Shown here in pieces: positions 11,481 to 25,137 of a stretch of DNA of 60,000 nt. The notes below the pieces were generated by a model, which was not told the origin of the DNA, ran no database searches, and saw nothing but the letters and a program-made list of their open reading frames with translations. Source of the stretch: Vicugna vicugna (Eukaryota); the NCBI GenBank assembly GCA_013265495.1, contig MU057809.1, positions 746,001 through 806,000 on the forward strand, given 5' to 3'. Positions within the stretch are counted from its first letter, which is position 1. The number at the start of each line of letters is the position of its first letter. The position numbers were made by a program, and so were the translations under genes.

Positions 11481-14400
11481 TGTGGAGGCGCGAACAGGCT
11501 AATTGCTGTCGCTGGGCCTCTGCTGTAGAACGGATGATGGCAGCGCCGACTGCGCGGGACAGGGTTAGACTCACAGCACGCTGCTGGACGTGCAGCTGTG
11601 GGAAGAGTGTCTGGCACGCAGCAGGCGCTGTGAGCGTGAGGCGTCGTTACCCCGAGGTCTGGAAGCAGAGCCTCTGGGGGTGTGGGCTGAGCCGCGCTGG
11701 GCAGAGCCGGTCACCACCTCCTCCATTCTGCCTGACCTACCTCTGTTAAGTCAGCCTGAGTTACCTGTGGAACCTGCTCTTGCCTCTTTCTTTCCCTGTG
11801 AGTGAGGTGGAGCCACGCTCCTCCGCTGACCCCTTCCTGGCACGTGTTTGCTGTGCAATTCACTGAGGTGGATCCGAGCCGTTGCTGCAGCTGGAGGGAA
11901 TGCCTGGATTCGGGCCTCGAACTCCAGCGTCTGTCCCCTTCCTGCAGGCTCCCAGAGTTCGTCCAAACTGCAGCTCACCATGAGAACTGGGTGCAGACGG
12001 AGCTGCAGGCCACCCAGGCACCCTGGGGGCACCCCGGTCCTTTGAGTGACGCCGTCTGTCTCCCTCCGCACCCGCCATCACTCCGCCCACCTTGCTGGAG
12101 GCCCAGCCCCGACAAATGTCAGACTGTCCTCCAGGATTAGGGCCTGCGGGGCAGCTGCCCCTGGCACCCCAGTGCCCGGCGGTAGCAGGGCTGGTGCCAC
12201 ATTCAGCGGGAGAGTGAGCTAGGGAATAGGGCGGTAACCGCACAGCCGCCTGGGGTCGTGGCATCACGTCTCAGAGGGAGGCTGCCTGGCCTGAGATCCT
12301 GCCTGCAGCCACCCTGGGGACCCCACGCTGGCAGAGGTGAGCGGTGACAGGTGCGTGGCCCGCAAGCCAGGAGGGGAGTCAGACGCCTGGCAGACAGTGG
12401 GAGGAGGAGGTGGGGGGAGCCACCACAGGGCAGCCCCCCAGCCCAGCGAGGAGGAGAGTCAGGAGGGGAGCGTGTCCTCACACCCAACCTGGGACAGTTC
12501 CAGCCTTGCCAGTTACAGCGAAGGCTGTACGTCCTCCAGCTGCTCCGGCTGTCGCCTCCTGCCCGCGAGGGGATGGGGAGCAGACACTTCTGTGTGATGC
12601 TTATGTGTGTGGGTATGCAGGATGGGTGGGCAGGTGGCAGAACTGCAGCCGAGGGGTTGAAGTCTGGGGACTCACACACGGTCACACACAGTGACACACA
12701 CATACACGGCCGCATGTGTACCCCTGGTTGTGCACAGGCACGCACTCACTCACACCCCCCAAGCAGGTCTCAGGCCCTAAAATGCTGGCCCCCGGGTCCC
12801 CACCTGCGTAGCCTGACCCCTCCAGCCTTGTGGCCCTCCCACCAGAAGCCGCCCTGCCTGCGGCCCTGAGATGGGGCTCTGGGAGATGCCTCTGACCCAC
12901 CCGGGGCCCCCAGCCCCCTGTTCACTCACCTGCATTTCACTCCCTTGGTCCTTTGGAGCCGATGTGAGCAGCAATTCTGTTAACAGTGACACGTGCATCA
13001 CACAGCCCCTTTCTTGCTCAGCCATCTGCTGCGGTTCCATGCCCTGAGTGCATGAAATACTGAGGGAATGAGTGAGTGACTGTGGGAAGAGGTCTCTGCC
13101 CAGGCTTCAGGGCTGAGATGGAGGGGGTGAGTCTCTAGCCAAGGTCTCCCCATCATCTGAGTCACCGAAGTGTGTGGCCTTGGTCCTCCTACCTGGGGAA
13201 GCTGGAGATGATGGAGACAAGGCCTTTTATTCTGGCGGGGGGATCTCCTTAGGCTTCGGGCCAGGTAGCTGGGGCTGAACCTTCCTTTGACTCTCCTTGA
13301 GACCTCCAGCCGTGCCCAAGGGCCTCCTTGGGAGAGTCCTGGGCTGCCGGGGGCTTCTGTTCATCTGCTCTTCGAGCTCGCTGACCCGGTGCCTTCCCTG
13401 ACCACGCTTGGCTGGAGGCTCCGGCTGCGTTCCCAATCTTCACTCTTAACCCCTTGGACTTGAGATGTGTCTTCTCTCCACCCCATTTGAGGGGATGGAG
13501 GTGAGGGGGCTGAGGGCCCAGGGTCCAGGCTGCGTCCTCCTCACTCTTGACCGTCAGGAAGCCCCACCCCTTTGCACACCCTCCCTTGGGCCATGGAACT
13601 GGTGAGAGGCAGGGCCAGACCCAGATCCCAGGCACCCTGGCCTCCACTTTCCACCCCCCCCGGCCCCCAGCTGGGGTCAGACTCACCTCAGAGCACCAAG
13701 CAGGAGTGGGAATGGGGGAGGCCCTGGCCCCCGCTTCCCAGGGCGTCTCGGTGACTAGCAGGAGAGCAGCCTCTTCCAGACCCATCCCATTCTTGGCCTT
13801 TCAGTTATAATTAATGTTTGCTGTGTTATTAGATGGACTTTTTTATAGACGCAGAGATGAGGGTTTACAGAGCTGGCAGGGTGAGCAGAGGGGCGGCTGC
13901 AGGCAGCCCTCCGTCTGGGTCCAGCCCAGCCCAGCCTGCCCACAAGCCCCATCATGCTTCTTTCTCATGAGTGTCAGTGGTCCCATTTGTCAGGAAAGTA
14001 AACTGACTCTCAAAGAAGAAAGCTCCACAAAATAGCCCACCCGGTGAGCAGCAGGGCGGGGGTCCCACGCAGCCCTCTGGGCTCTCCTAGTCAGGCGGGC
14101 ACTGACCGGTCTTCCCTGACCCCCAGAACCAGACCCCCTCTCTGGACTCCCAGCAGCACTCAGGTCCTGCCCCGAGTTCTTGGGCTCCCTCTGAGATTGG
14201 GAGTGAGGTTTGGGGCACAGGGCTCACCCTCCTGCTCTCTCACTGGTGCTCAGCCCTGGGTCGGTTATCCGCTGCTGCGTAACAAGCTACCCCAGCCTCA
14301 GGGGTGTGAAGGAGCCCCTGGCTCTGGGAGCAGAACTGGGCACAGGCCCAGCTGGGCAGTTCACCTCCGCTCCATGTGGCGTCAGCTGTCCTTTCCAGAA

Positions 14401-15359
14401 GGCTCTGGCCCTCCAGACCCCACTTCCAAGAGACAGCAAGTGGGCCTGCTGGGCTGGCTGAGGGCTGTGCCCACGACGGACACGGTTTACTTCCATCAGC
14501 GCTATTGGTCAGCGTGGGTTCGGGCCCCCCGGCTTCAAGGGGTGCAGAGACAGACCCCCTCGTCGTGGAGGGGGGGCCAGGTCCTGTTGCAGACGAGATG
14601 GGAGGGGAAGCTGCAATCACTTTTTGGGAGAACCACCTGCTGTAGCAGCTGCGGCCTCACCTCCCGTGTGAAGGAAGGTTTCCCGTCCGCTCTAGCGGAC
14701 GGGACGTCCTGAGAGGGTCTGCGCCTAAGGCGACGTCCTTGTGTCCACGCACGGGCGACTCAGAATGTACACTAGAAGGCCCCGTGAGGGTGGTCTCACA
14801 ATCCTGACCTCACCGGAGAAGGCTGGGGTCTCCCTCCCAGCCCCATGCACCCACATTCTCCCCTGGCTCAGCAGGACTTTGAGGGTTGATGTCCCCCTGG
14901 GAGCCACTGCAGGATTCCCCGAGTAAGATGCCTGTTGTGAGCTCCCCCGCCGGGGATTTCTCTGCTGCTGACTCTGCCCAGAGCCGCCCCCGACGCGTGT
15001 AAATCTGGACTGCACAGAAGACAAATGGGGGTGACATTTCACTTGATAAAACGGCCATGCACTTCACAGAGTGGTTCACGGGGCTGGTCTACACGCCTGT
15101 CCCGGGCACTTCTCCCATGGAGGCTCATAAAATCAGAAGCATTCCTTGCCTGAGCTGTTAGCCGCCATCTGGAGGAACTCACCCGGGGTGGGAGTGAGAA
15201 GCGCCCCGAACTGTGAAGACGGTCCAGGAAATGAAACCCCACAGGGATCTCGCCTCGGAATACTGGGTCAGAATTCCTCAGTAACAGCAGCAGCAAAAAT
15301 CCTCACTAAGACGGGCAGGTTCAGTTCCGCGGAATGTTAGAGAGAGATCTGCCACGATT

Positions 15360-16370
15360 ATGTGGGGTTTATGGGAAGAATTCAAAGATGGCTTAATATT
15401 AGAGAAACCTATTAATACAATGCACGGTATCAGCAGGTCAGCCATAACGCTCTGTTAATAAATGACAAAAGGCATATGATAAAATCCAAGGCCAGTTTCG
15501 GATTCTAAAGTAACTGCTAAAAATAGAACCAGAAAGATACTTTCTTATCGCAGTAAACAGTCTGTGTCTCAGTTCAGCCGCTGGTGTCGTTCTAAATGAT
15601 GAAGGCTTTAATGATTTCAATTCATGAACTTCTATTAAAAAAAAAAAGTGTCCTTTATCGTTGTCCAGAGCGATCGCTGGACGCAGCAATAAGACATGAA
15701 ACAGAATTAAATGGGATACAAGACAGAACTGTAATTATTTGCAGACAATATGATTTGAGACCTTAGAAACCCAAGAGAACCAACTGAAAAAAGAACTTAA
15801 TACGAGAACGCGGTGAAGGTACTGGCCTGGACAGAACACAAATGTGCACAGATCGGTAATTTTCATCCGTACCAGCAACAATGGGTTGGAAAACATAATG
15901 AAATAAACGGTCCCCACTCACAGTATTGACCAAAAAGCCTCCGTGGAATTCCCAGGGATGAGGTTACGAGAAAAAATGAGGATCATTAAGAAGAACTCTG
16001 AAGTTTCGTGAGAGACGTCAAGGGAAGCAAGAGGAGGGAGATAGGCCACGCTGGGCGGAGCATGACAAACCTGAGGTTCTTCCCAAATTCACCCGTAGGC
16101 TCCAAGCAGCCCCGTCGGCACCTCGGTGGCCTGTTCTGAAGAGCTAGGTAGAGCTGCTCTGAAAGTTCATCAGAAGAGTGTGCGAAGGCTGCGGTTCTTC
16201 ATAGACACCGAGGCCTCTTGCAGGGAGACAGAGACTTGAACGATGCTGACTGCTGTCACAGGAGAGGGAAGGAGTCCTCAAAGGAACAGAACAGTCCCCA
16301 CACAGAGGCCTCCTTAGTGGGTGACCGTGGAATAATGTACCACCCAGATGGGAAGCATCTGCAAGTGAAA
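15360..16370 (+). mobile_element. old L1M ORF2 (RT region) fragment, degraded
   Basis: A-rich block with ttatttgcagacaatatgatt (LFADNMI, a degenerate FADD motif) at about 15735, plus flanking ORF2-like text. Confidence 0.75.
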
Positions 16371-17394
16371 GCAGACGCCTCGGTACTCGCTGTGTGACAG
16401 GGGCAGCGTGGACTGCCGGCCCGGGAGCACCGCGACTCACCGCTGGCCTCCTCTCTAGGTGACTGTGGGTTGAGTGTTTTCACAAACCCAGTCAGCATGT
16501 GTTTCCTGCTCAGCCCTGCTGGCTTCAGCCTCGGATCAGCCAGGGAGCCTGGCCTTTGCCGGAGGGGTCACGGTGGGCAGCTTGGGCAGCTTTGGGATCC
16601 CCAAGGGGAGACCCCAGCCCCAAGCTGAGCAGAGGACACGTGGCAGGAGCACGGCTGGGTGGTGGAGGGGTGAGCGAGTCAGATGGAGGAAACAGCATCT
16701 TAGAGAAGGCGTGAGAAATGCAGGTTGTCACCTTACAGGGATGTGAGGGACAGGCAGGGCCCATCAGCAGCGCCTGGCTGGCCCCCTGGGGACATGGGCT
16801 CCTCAGGGGGACTGGGGAGCTGTGTGGGGTTGCCAGGGAGGAGGGGGCAGGCTTGACCAGCTGTTCCCTGTGAAAAGCACACTCCAGCCTGGGCTGGGCC
16901 GTCAGCGAGCTGCAGGAGAGGGTGTGGGATGAGGCCACGCAGCGGGCAGTTCTGTTCCCGACGTTCAGACGGACCCTGGAGGCTCGTGGATCCTGGAGCA
17001 CGGGTGCCGGAGGCAGCAGCCTCTGACAGGTGTCGTGGGGGCTGCCTGGCGCAGGAGGGGCGGGGGGTGGAGAGGAGCCTCCCGGAAGGACGGGGCCTCT
17101 CGGGACCTGACGGTTCCAGCTGCGGTCGCAGGGACCACAAATATTCCAGACGCGTAGCCGCACGAGAGTCCCCAGGAGGCATGGCCGGGCAGCGTTTTGC
17201 TGGACCCCTGGGTGAGGTGACGACTCCCAGTTCCCACGTGGAAGCACCCCACTGCTGGGGGCGCCGTGCTGGGCTGGCCTCTGCCTTTTCTCTGAGCTGC
17301 CCTCTCACCAAGACCCAGCCCGCAGCACGGCCAGCCCCGGGAGCTGCAGACCGGCCCTGACTGCTATGTTGTGCTTCTTAGACCGACTTTGCTT

Positions 17395-17583
17395 CATGTT
17401 TTATTTCCCTCATTAATTTTGCGTTTGGGGGCTAATTGCTAATTTATAACCTCCACTCGAAAACTGTGCCCAAGATCTTTAGTACAATTAATGGTGGCCC
17501 AGGAAATACGCTTTGATTAAATAATTACAGCAGCGGCGACGTGGGGCGGGGACCCGCGCGCGCAGAGGCCCGGCCGGGTGAGC
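17395..17583. promoter_or_regulatory. homeodomain-site-rich AT island plus GC box; candidate enhancer or alternative promoter
   Basis: Multiple TAAT/ATTA cores in 17412-17527 within GC-rich surroundings, GGGGCGGGG at 17543-17551, and donor-like CGG|GTGAGC at 17575-17583. Confidence 0.45.
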
Positions 17584-19109
17584 GGGTGGGGAGCAGTCCC
17601 TGCGTCGTGCGGGTGGCCCGGGTGGTGGCGTGCGGGACAAGGCTGCTGTGCCTCCGTGTCCTCTGTCATCCTGTGTCGGGGTCCTGCCCTCCCCTCGGGC
17701 TGGGATCAGCGCTCAGGGAGGAGACAGAGTCCCCGAGCCCGGGGTGATCAGGAAGGGCTCTTGGACTTCAGGATTCTGCTGGGGAGAGTCGTCTCAACCC
17801 GGCTGTCCCTCAGAGCAACTGCAGAGGTTCAGGTCAGACTAAAGAGGGAACTTCCCGGCTGCCAGGGTTACGGGGGCATGATGGGGAACAGTGCCAGGCA
17901 TCCTTTGGACACCCAGGCCCCCACCTGGCTTCGGTGACGTGCTCACGCAGGCGGTGGACCAGGGCTCCTGGAGAGGGTCGGGTGTCCTCCGTCATCCCTG
18001 GAGGCCAGCCGGCCTCCCTCCTCCCCGCACCCCCGCCTGCGCCGGAAACCGTCCCAAAGTGATTTCTCCCTCCAGCGATGCCATACGTCATGTTTTTTAA
18101 TTTAAAAAGATGCCCAGTGGAAACGTAACAGACCATTAAACGTTTGGGTCCCTAATTAACTCTGGAGCAGCCTGGCGCTGTGGGCCTGGAGGTGGGGGGA
18201 GCGGCCTCGCGACATCCCAGGGCAGGCAGGACTCCAGCCCCCGTCCATCCAGTCCTCCCTGCAGCATCTGCTGGATGGGGTGCCCCAGTCCACCTTCTGG
18301 GGCCAGGACTTTGGGGGAGCCGGGGCCACTGCGCACAGCCCCGTGTGGGCTCCAGGCTTGGGGACTCGGGGACTCGGGCGGGGCACGAACCTGCGTTTTT
18401 AACAGGCAGGGGTGGAGGCGGCTGTGTTCCACTGACCTCACTTGGGGAGAAGTGTGACTTTCCGGCCGAGCAAAGGGCTTTCCCTCTCTCTGTTTTCTCA
18501 TCCATCGAACTGAACTTGCCTCCTTGGGCCTGGGAGAAGATCAGTACGCAGTAGGCACAGGTCCATGAGAATCCTGGGGGAAACAAGAGGTCGCCTGTGT
18601 TTGTGCAGCCTCTGGACGGGCAGGGTGAGGGCCCCCAAGGCTCAGCGGGACCCTGTGGGCCACCCAAGGTCACCTGGCAGGTGTGTCAGGCCCTCGGCAC
18701 CGTCCTGGGCCCCACTGGACCCAACCCTGTGGCCAAGTCCTGAGCGTCCAGCCCTGCTGAGTCAGCACTGCTGGACCGCCTGCAGCAGGCGCCCGCGCCA
18801 GCCTCCTTGGACACATAGGGAGGGAGCGGGAAGAGGGCCAGGTTCTCTGTTGGGGGGGAGCCCGGGGCAGCCCCCACTGGTCCTCCTGTGTGTGCACCTG
18901 GGAGGGCGGCTTGCTGAAGTAGAACTCGTGAGGATGTCCAGCCGGCCTGCTTGTTCCACCCACACCGCCCGGAATCCCTCCCCTGTCCACGAGGCCAGGG
19001 GGCTGCAGGGGAGGAGATGAAGGTTGACAGAGCACCACGGAGCCCGCTGGAAGCCTCCACGACCTAGTCATGTCGGCCTCGCTGTAACCCTGTCGGGGGC
19101 GCTACCATG

Positions 19110-19180
19110 CCGATCCATCTCCATTTGACGGAGGTGGAAACAGAGAGGTGTGACTTGCCCAAGGCCACACAGCCAGAGCG
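19110..19180 (-). mobile_element. MIR fragment
   Basis: ccatttgacggaggtggaaacagagaggtgtgacttgcccaaggccacacagccag. Confidence 0.7.
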
Positions 19181-22100
19181 TGGTGGAGCCAACGCTCACA
19201 CCCTGGCCCAGGGCTCTACAGGCCGAGGTGGCTCTGGGCCCCTTTCAGGCGGGCAGGCTGCCCTCACGTGCCCGGCAGGCCGCAGGCTCTGCGGCAGAGT
19301 GGGCTGCAGAGGCAGGCGAACGTTCGTAAACGTGGTCTATCGGCAGAGCGCTGGAGAGGTGAGGCGTTACCATCTGTAACTTCCCCCACGTCCCTGCCTC
19401 CCCCGGGTGCCCAGCCCTTGGCATGCCTCCCTCTGGAGGTGGAAAGTTCTCCCCGTCAGCAAAATCCACAGCCCGGCCTCAGCCTGGCCCCAGCCCAGCC
19501 CTGGCCTCTCGTCTGGGCCGGGCGACCGGGGGAGGCACAGTATTTTTAGGCAGATGTGCTCCATCCCAGCACGGCCGCGGGGATTATGCAGATCCAGCCA
19601 TAGGAAGTTTAAAAGCCTGGAACCACCATATTTCTTGACTTCATTAGTGGCGACGCAGGCTGCAGCGCTGCTGGGGTGCCAGCCCCGTCGTCCCCTCGGC
19701 GACAGGGGCGTGTGTTCCCTGCAGCGGGCATGCGTGCGTGCGTGCACGCAGTCAGGAGATGTCATGGCCCTTCGGGGGCACCTGGTCCCCCGCTGAAGGT
19801 GGCAGGCGGGGATGCTGAGGCCTGGAGGGGGACTGGGGAAGCCCCAGGGCTTGGGCGTCTCCTCTGGCTGGGGCTCGTACCCTGCCCCAGTGCTGGGCCC
19901 CTCGGGAGGGGCCACAGAGACCAGGCTCCTGCCCTGGCGCTCGGGGCCCTTTCGCGCTGGCCCCGCCTCCCGCCGGGGCATCACCCTGGTACCACCGCCC
20001 ACGTGCAGGATGCCCGCGCTCCCTGGAGGGCAGGGCCTCCTGCCGCCACACTGCTGCACACACCTGTCTCTAGGACATCTGGCGCCCAGCTTCTTTGCCT
20101 CATGAACTCCTACCCGTCTGCTAGGACCCACCACACGGAGGCCCAGTGAGCGCCTACCTCTCCCTGCAGGCCTGGGCAGGGCCAGATGCTGCCAGGGCAG
20201 CTGGGCCTCCGTGTGCCCACCCCTCCCGGCAGGTGCTTGCTGAGACGCCAGCTGAATGGCTCCGGCGGGCTCGCCCCACCTGGCTCGACTCGGTGCTTGA
20301 CAGGCACTTTCGCTTGCGGGGCCCCGGGCTTCTCACCTGGCGCCCGGAGGCCGTGGTGTCCCTGTCCCTCGCCGTGTAGGGCGCTGGCAAGGTTTAAAGG
20401 CGGATGGCTCAGCAAGTGACCTGCTAGGCACGACTGCTGTGGTGCCGACGGCCAGGGACAGCCTCCCTCCCCTCCCCCAGGTCTCCAGTGGCCTTAGGCC
20501 ACACTACTTCCAGTAACCCCCTGACACCCGGGCACTGCTAGACCCCCAGGTGTGCGCACTTGTATACACATGGGGCAAACACCGGCACGCTTGCACACAT
20601 GGACCCGGCCACTTCAGGCAGCCCTGCGTCTGGGGGAGCCCCTGCCTCGCCAGCTGTGACCTGAGACCCTGAGCTGTTCTGCTGACGGAGGGCAGAGGTG
20701 TGGCAAGCGGTGACCAGGCCAAGTCCAACCTGCCAGGTGGGAAATAACCCCATATGAAAGATGGGGAGACAGGTCGTCTCCCCTCGGTGACAGGAACTCA
20801 CTGCCAGAGCCCGGGGTCACATCCAGGTCCTCCTTGTGACGTGGCCCGGTGGGCCCCAGGCTGTGGTTCTCCCTCTAAGGAGTGAGGTCATCGTCATGTC
20901 ACCTCAAGGGGCTGTCATGGGGAATCTGGGCAGAGACCCCAGTGCAGCCTGGTGTCCAGCAAGGCCACCAGGGCCGCGTGCTTGGGGCTCTGTCCATCCA
21001 GGTCGGGGGCACTGGGGGAGCAGAGCCCCTGGGTGTTCAGGTGGGTGTTGTGCGGAGTGAGGATGTCAGACAGACACACATCTCTGCTCCATTGGTGGGT
21101 GGGGATTTGCAGAGCAGGGGTGGCTGGGGCAACTGTGGCCCTCCGGACGGCGGTGACCACTCCCACTGGCCTGACACACACAAAAGGAGACACGTTTGTG
21201 AGAAACCACCAGCTGGCGTTTTTACCCCTGTTTTGCAGACGAGCCCCAGCTGGTGCCCCGTGTAGTCTGAATCTCCAGGATTTGGGTGAGAGGAAGGGGC
21301 AGGCCTCTTCTGATCAGATAGCAGAAAGGAAGAACTTCCAGGAGAGGGCACGGCGGGGTGGGGCCTGGCAGCCAGGAGGAGGAGGGGCAGGGGCTGAGGG
21401 CCTCGGGGTGAGGAGAGGTGAGGCTGGGGGGCTGGCAGGTCCCCGTGCGGGAGAGCGGCTGCCATCGGGGCTCTGGGTGGGGACGGTGGGCTCCTGTGAC
21501 GGGACGGAGGAGTGGTGGGAAGTGCAGATGGCAGATGCGTCTGGAGGTGGCGCTGGCACTGCTGCTGGAGGACTGGTGTTGGGGCCGCGAGAGGGAGTCG
21601 AGGTCACACACTGATTTTGGGTTTGAGGCACGTGGTGGAGGGTGAGGCGGGAAAAGCGGAGGGACTTGGAGAGGAAGCAACTGCGTCTGTGAGTCTGAGG
21701 TCCAGGTTGGTGGGATAGGCCAGTCGCACGGAGAGAGCATTAAAGCCACGGGCAGGGAGCAACCTACCCATGTGAGGCAGGCTGAGGACGGAGCCACAGG
21801 GACCGTCAGAGGTCAGGGTGCGGGAGAGGGGCCAGCAGCCAGTGGAGGAGAGGCGGTGGCTCAGAGACCCGGAGCAGAAAGTGGTTCTGGAAGGAGCGGC
21901 CAGTTACCTGGGCCACGTGCTGCCGAGGGGCTGCAAGGGATAAAAATAGGACTGTGCCCTTTGGCGCTGGTGAGACAGAGGTCACCGGTGACCTTGATGG
22001 ATCCAGCGCAGGGCGTGGGGGGTGCCCTGGAGGGGCTGGGGGTGGAGATGGACCTGTGGGCAGTTGTCTTGAGGAAATCTGCGTAAGAGGCAGGGAGAGA

Positions 22101-24774
22101 GGCATGGCCTCAGGTGTTCAGGTCAAGTTGTCTCTGCGGAAGGTTCTAGAACTGTGTCTGATGCAGCAGCCACCAGCAAGTGCCCAGTAGCCGCACGAGC
22201 CCAGCGGCTGCCCGCTGGATGGCGCACGTGTGAACGCCGCCTGCACCATCACAGAGTCTGCGGGCACTGCGTGCGGGTGGGGGAGTGGGAGGGAGGCCGC
22301 GGGGACACAGGTGAAGCGTGGGGCCGGAGGCTGGCGGGGGCAGGTGCGGGCAGGGACCCAGGGCCTGTGCCTCCCCCGTGACAGGATCCTGGGTCTTGGG
22401 GGGCAGGTCCCTGTACCCCGCCGTCCCCGCACCTGCACTGCAGGAATCCTGGAAACAGCCGCTTAGTGAGCGGCGCGTGGTATACAAGGGGCAGAGTGTA
22501 CGAACACGGGAGGGGTGAGCCGTGGGACGGGGTTCCTAAGTGACCCAGTGACTTGTGAGCCCACGAGAAAAGGGCTGTCCCTGGTGTCCATTCAGAACCT
22601 TTCTGGGGTGCATCTGCCAGTTCCCTGGGCAGTGGTTTCAATGGGGCTCCCAGACCTCAGGGGGCTTCCAGCCCCCACACTGTGGGGGGGGGTCAGGGCC
22701 GACACAGTGGCCCCGAGGGGGCTCAGGGAGCCCAGGCCCTGCAGCTGGACGGAGGAGGCATCTGCTGGACCTGCCACAGGCGCCGTCCCCACCGGGAGGG
22801 CAGGCTGACGCCTATGTGCACTTAGACAGGGTCCCCTGTGTAATGTGGCATGTGGGACAGGAGCTTGGGGGTCCCAGCAAGGCTGAGATCGTGAGGGGCA
22901 GAGATGACTGTTTCTGAGGGTGGTGGCCACACCGGCAGGGGGACAGCAAAGTGGCCAGGTAGGTGGGTAGGGCTCTGTCCCCCTGGGCCTGGCACCAGGC
23001 CAGCCCAGAGGTACCCACAGGGTGCCAGGGCACAGGCTCCCAAACTCTCGCACGGGGCGGGGGGTTGGGGGTACGTGGTGGCACCAGTCAGGACGGGGAG
23101 GGGAAGAGGCTGGGGCCGGCCCAGCCTGCACACCCTCCGTGCCTGGGTGGAGCTAATCCGAAGGCACGCAGGTACACAGACCAAGCTGGCGCCCCCATGC
23201 ACACGCAGCCCTGCAGCCACCCTTAGCCGACCCAGCAGCGGCCGCCTGGTGCCCAGGTGCCCTGGGAGTGGGGCAGGGAGCGAGGCTGGGCGCTCCGGGC
23301 CTGTCCCCCCCACTGCCCGCGCTCGCCTGTGATAAGGGCTCTTTAGGCCCTGTAATCCTCCTTAACTTGACTTTGGGTTATTTTGAGCAAGAGATTAAAG
23401 GTGATTACCATCAGCCTTGCCGAGGCGCCACACTTCCTCGATGGTCCTGCTGCTCCCCTCCCCCCAGTCCAGAGGCCTGGAGGCAGGAGCCAGACTCTGA
23501 TGGTGCCCCCACCGCTGTCCCCCAAACTCTGCCTCAGAGGCACCTGCAGTCAGATGAACGGCGATGGGCCTGCCCAGCTGCCCCCACTGGTCGGCCTGCT
23601 CTCGACCTCCTGGGAGCAGGGTGTCTGGCATCCTGGGCGGATGGGGCAGGTACACGGTGGGGAGGGAGGGGCGCACAGGCCAGCAGTGCTACTCCCCGTG
23701 GGATCACAGGATGGACCAGCAGGGACCCCAGCTTCTCCCTGTAGGCTCCCTCCTTAGGGGAGGGAGACCTAAGCAAAGCCTGACCTGCCCCTGGAGACAT
23801 ACCGGTTGGGCCCAGAGAGGCCCAGTGCATTGCGGGATGTCACACAGCAACCTGGGGCCACGCCCTTGATGTGATCCGCCAAGGCTCACCCAGACCTCTT
23901 CTGATCTCTCCCCTGTCCTTGAATCAGAGACTCCCCCAGGAACCAGATCAAAACTGAGGCGGAGGTGGGGGGATCCATTGCACATCATTATTTTTTCCTC
24001 CCAATTTAAACCGCCTCAGTGCAGACTAGGTGCAAACGTCAGTATCAGTGAAATACACTCAGCTGGCCGCCTGCCAGGCCACAGAGCGGTTACAGGGGCG
24101 GCTGTAAATCCAAACAGTAACAAGCAAACACACACTTACTCATCTGTCCTGTGGAAGAAATACGAGGGCAGAGGGGTGAGTCCCTCGGTCGGGGGGGGCG
24201 TGGGCCAGGGGAGGGAAAACCCGCAGCGACCTCCAGCCACAACACCCAGCACGCACCCGGCTCCATCCCCCAGTGCTGCCCCGTGGATGCCTGCTGCCCT
24301 GGAGCAGCTCAGGGTCTGGTGGGGACGTATGAGCAGCGAGCGGCGTGTTCTTGTCGCTGCCGGGTCCCGGGGCTGCAGAAGTGTCCTTGCTGGAGCCTGC
24401 GGAGGAGGCGGGGGTGCCCTCTCTCCTTCCGGGACCCACCAGCACAGGCTGGTGACACCCTTCAGGTCCCCAGAGCAAGATGGAGAACTGCAGAGACCAG
24501 CCAGCCGGCTCATCCAAGGAAGCTGGCCCATGCTGTGCTGGGCCACTCGGCCCGGAGGGCACAGACCAGGAGCTGGCTGTCCTGGTGCCTCACTTGAGAA
24601 GCTCGAGGGAGGATCTCCACGGCCAGCTGAGGACCCTTTGGCCGGGGCTCCGAGCGCCCTCTGCAGGTGGCTGCAGTGCCTCGGCCAGGCCCTCCAAGGT
24701 CTTCAGGAGGGAACAGGGCATTTGTCACACCCGTGTGACCGGCCGGAGCAGCCTCGTCACTCATCCACCAAGCA

Positions 24775-24822
24775 ACTTTAGTCTTGTCCCTGGGCCTCGG
24801 TTTCCCCAACTGACAAATGGGG
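24775..24822 (+). mobile_element. MIR fragment
   Basis: ccctgggcctcggtttccccaactgacaaatggg. Confidence 0.55.
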
Positions 24823-25066
24823 CACCTGGTGGTCAATTCCCCGTGGCTGCCGTGATACGGCCGAGCAGGGGTTGCGTCTGCTTTGAGAGGAGGCAGCAGC
24901 GGGGCTCAGGCTGACCCTACGCTTCCCACCCGCGAGAGTCAGAGACAAGCCCGAGGGCACGGACTGAGCCCTTCCTGCGTGTCCTGCCTCATCGCAGCTG
25001 CCCCGAACGCACCTCCACGATGCACTGGGCTGCTTGGCTGCGGCACCCGGGGAAGCCCAGTGCCTC

Positions 25067-25105
25067 CTGACCGCTCTCTCTCTCTCCCCTTTGTCTTTAC
25101 AGCAG
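25067..25105 (+). other. ELFN1: 3' splice acceptor of the ELFN1 coding exon (tandem NAGNAG)
   Basis: Branch-point-like CTGAC at 25067-25071, pyrimidine tract ctctctctctctcccctttgtcttta, then CAG (25100-25102) and CAG (25103-25105), about 260 nt upstream of the ATG. Confidence 0.85.
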
Positions 25106-25137
25106 GAGCGGCTGGAGCCGTCAGGAAGCCCAGGCTG

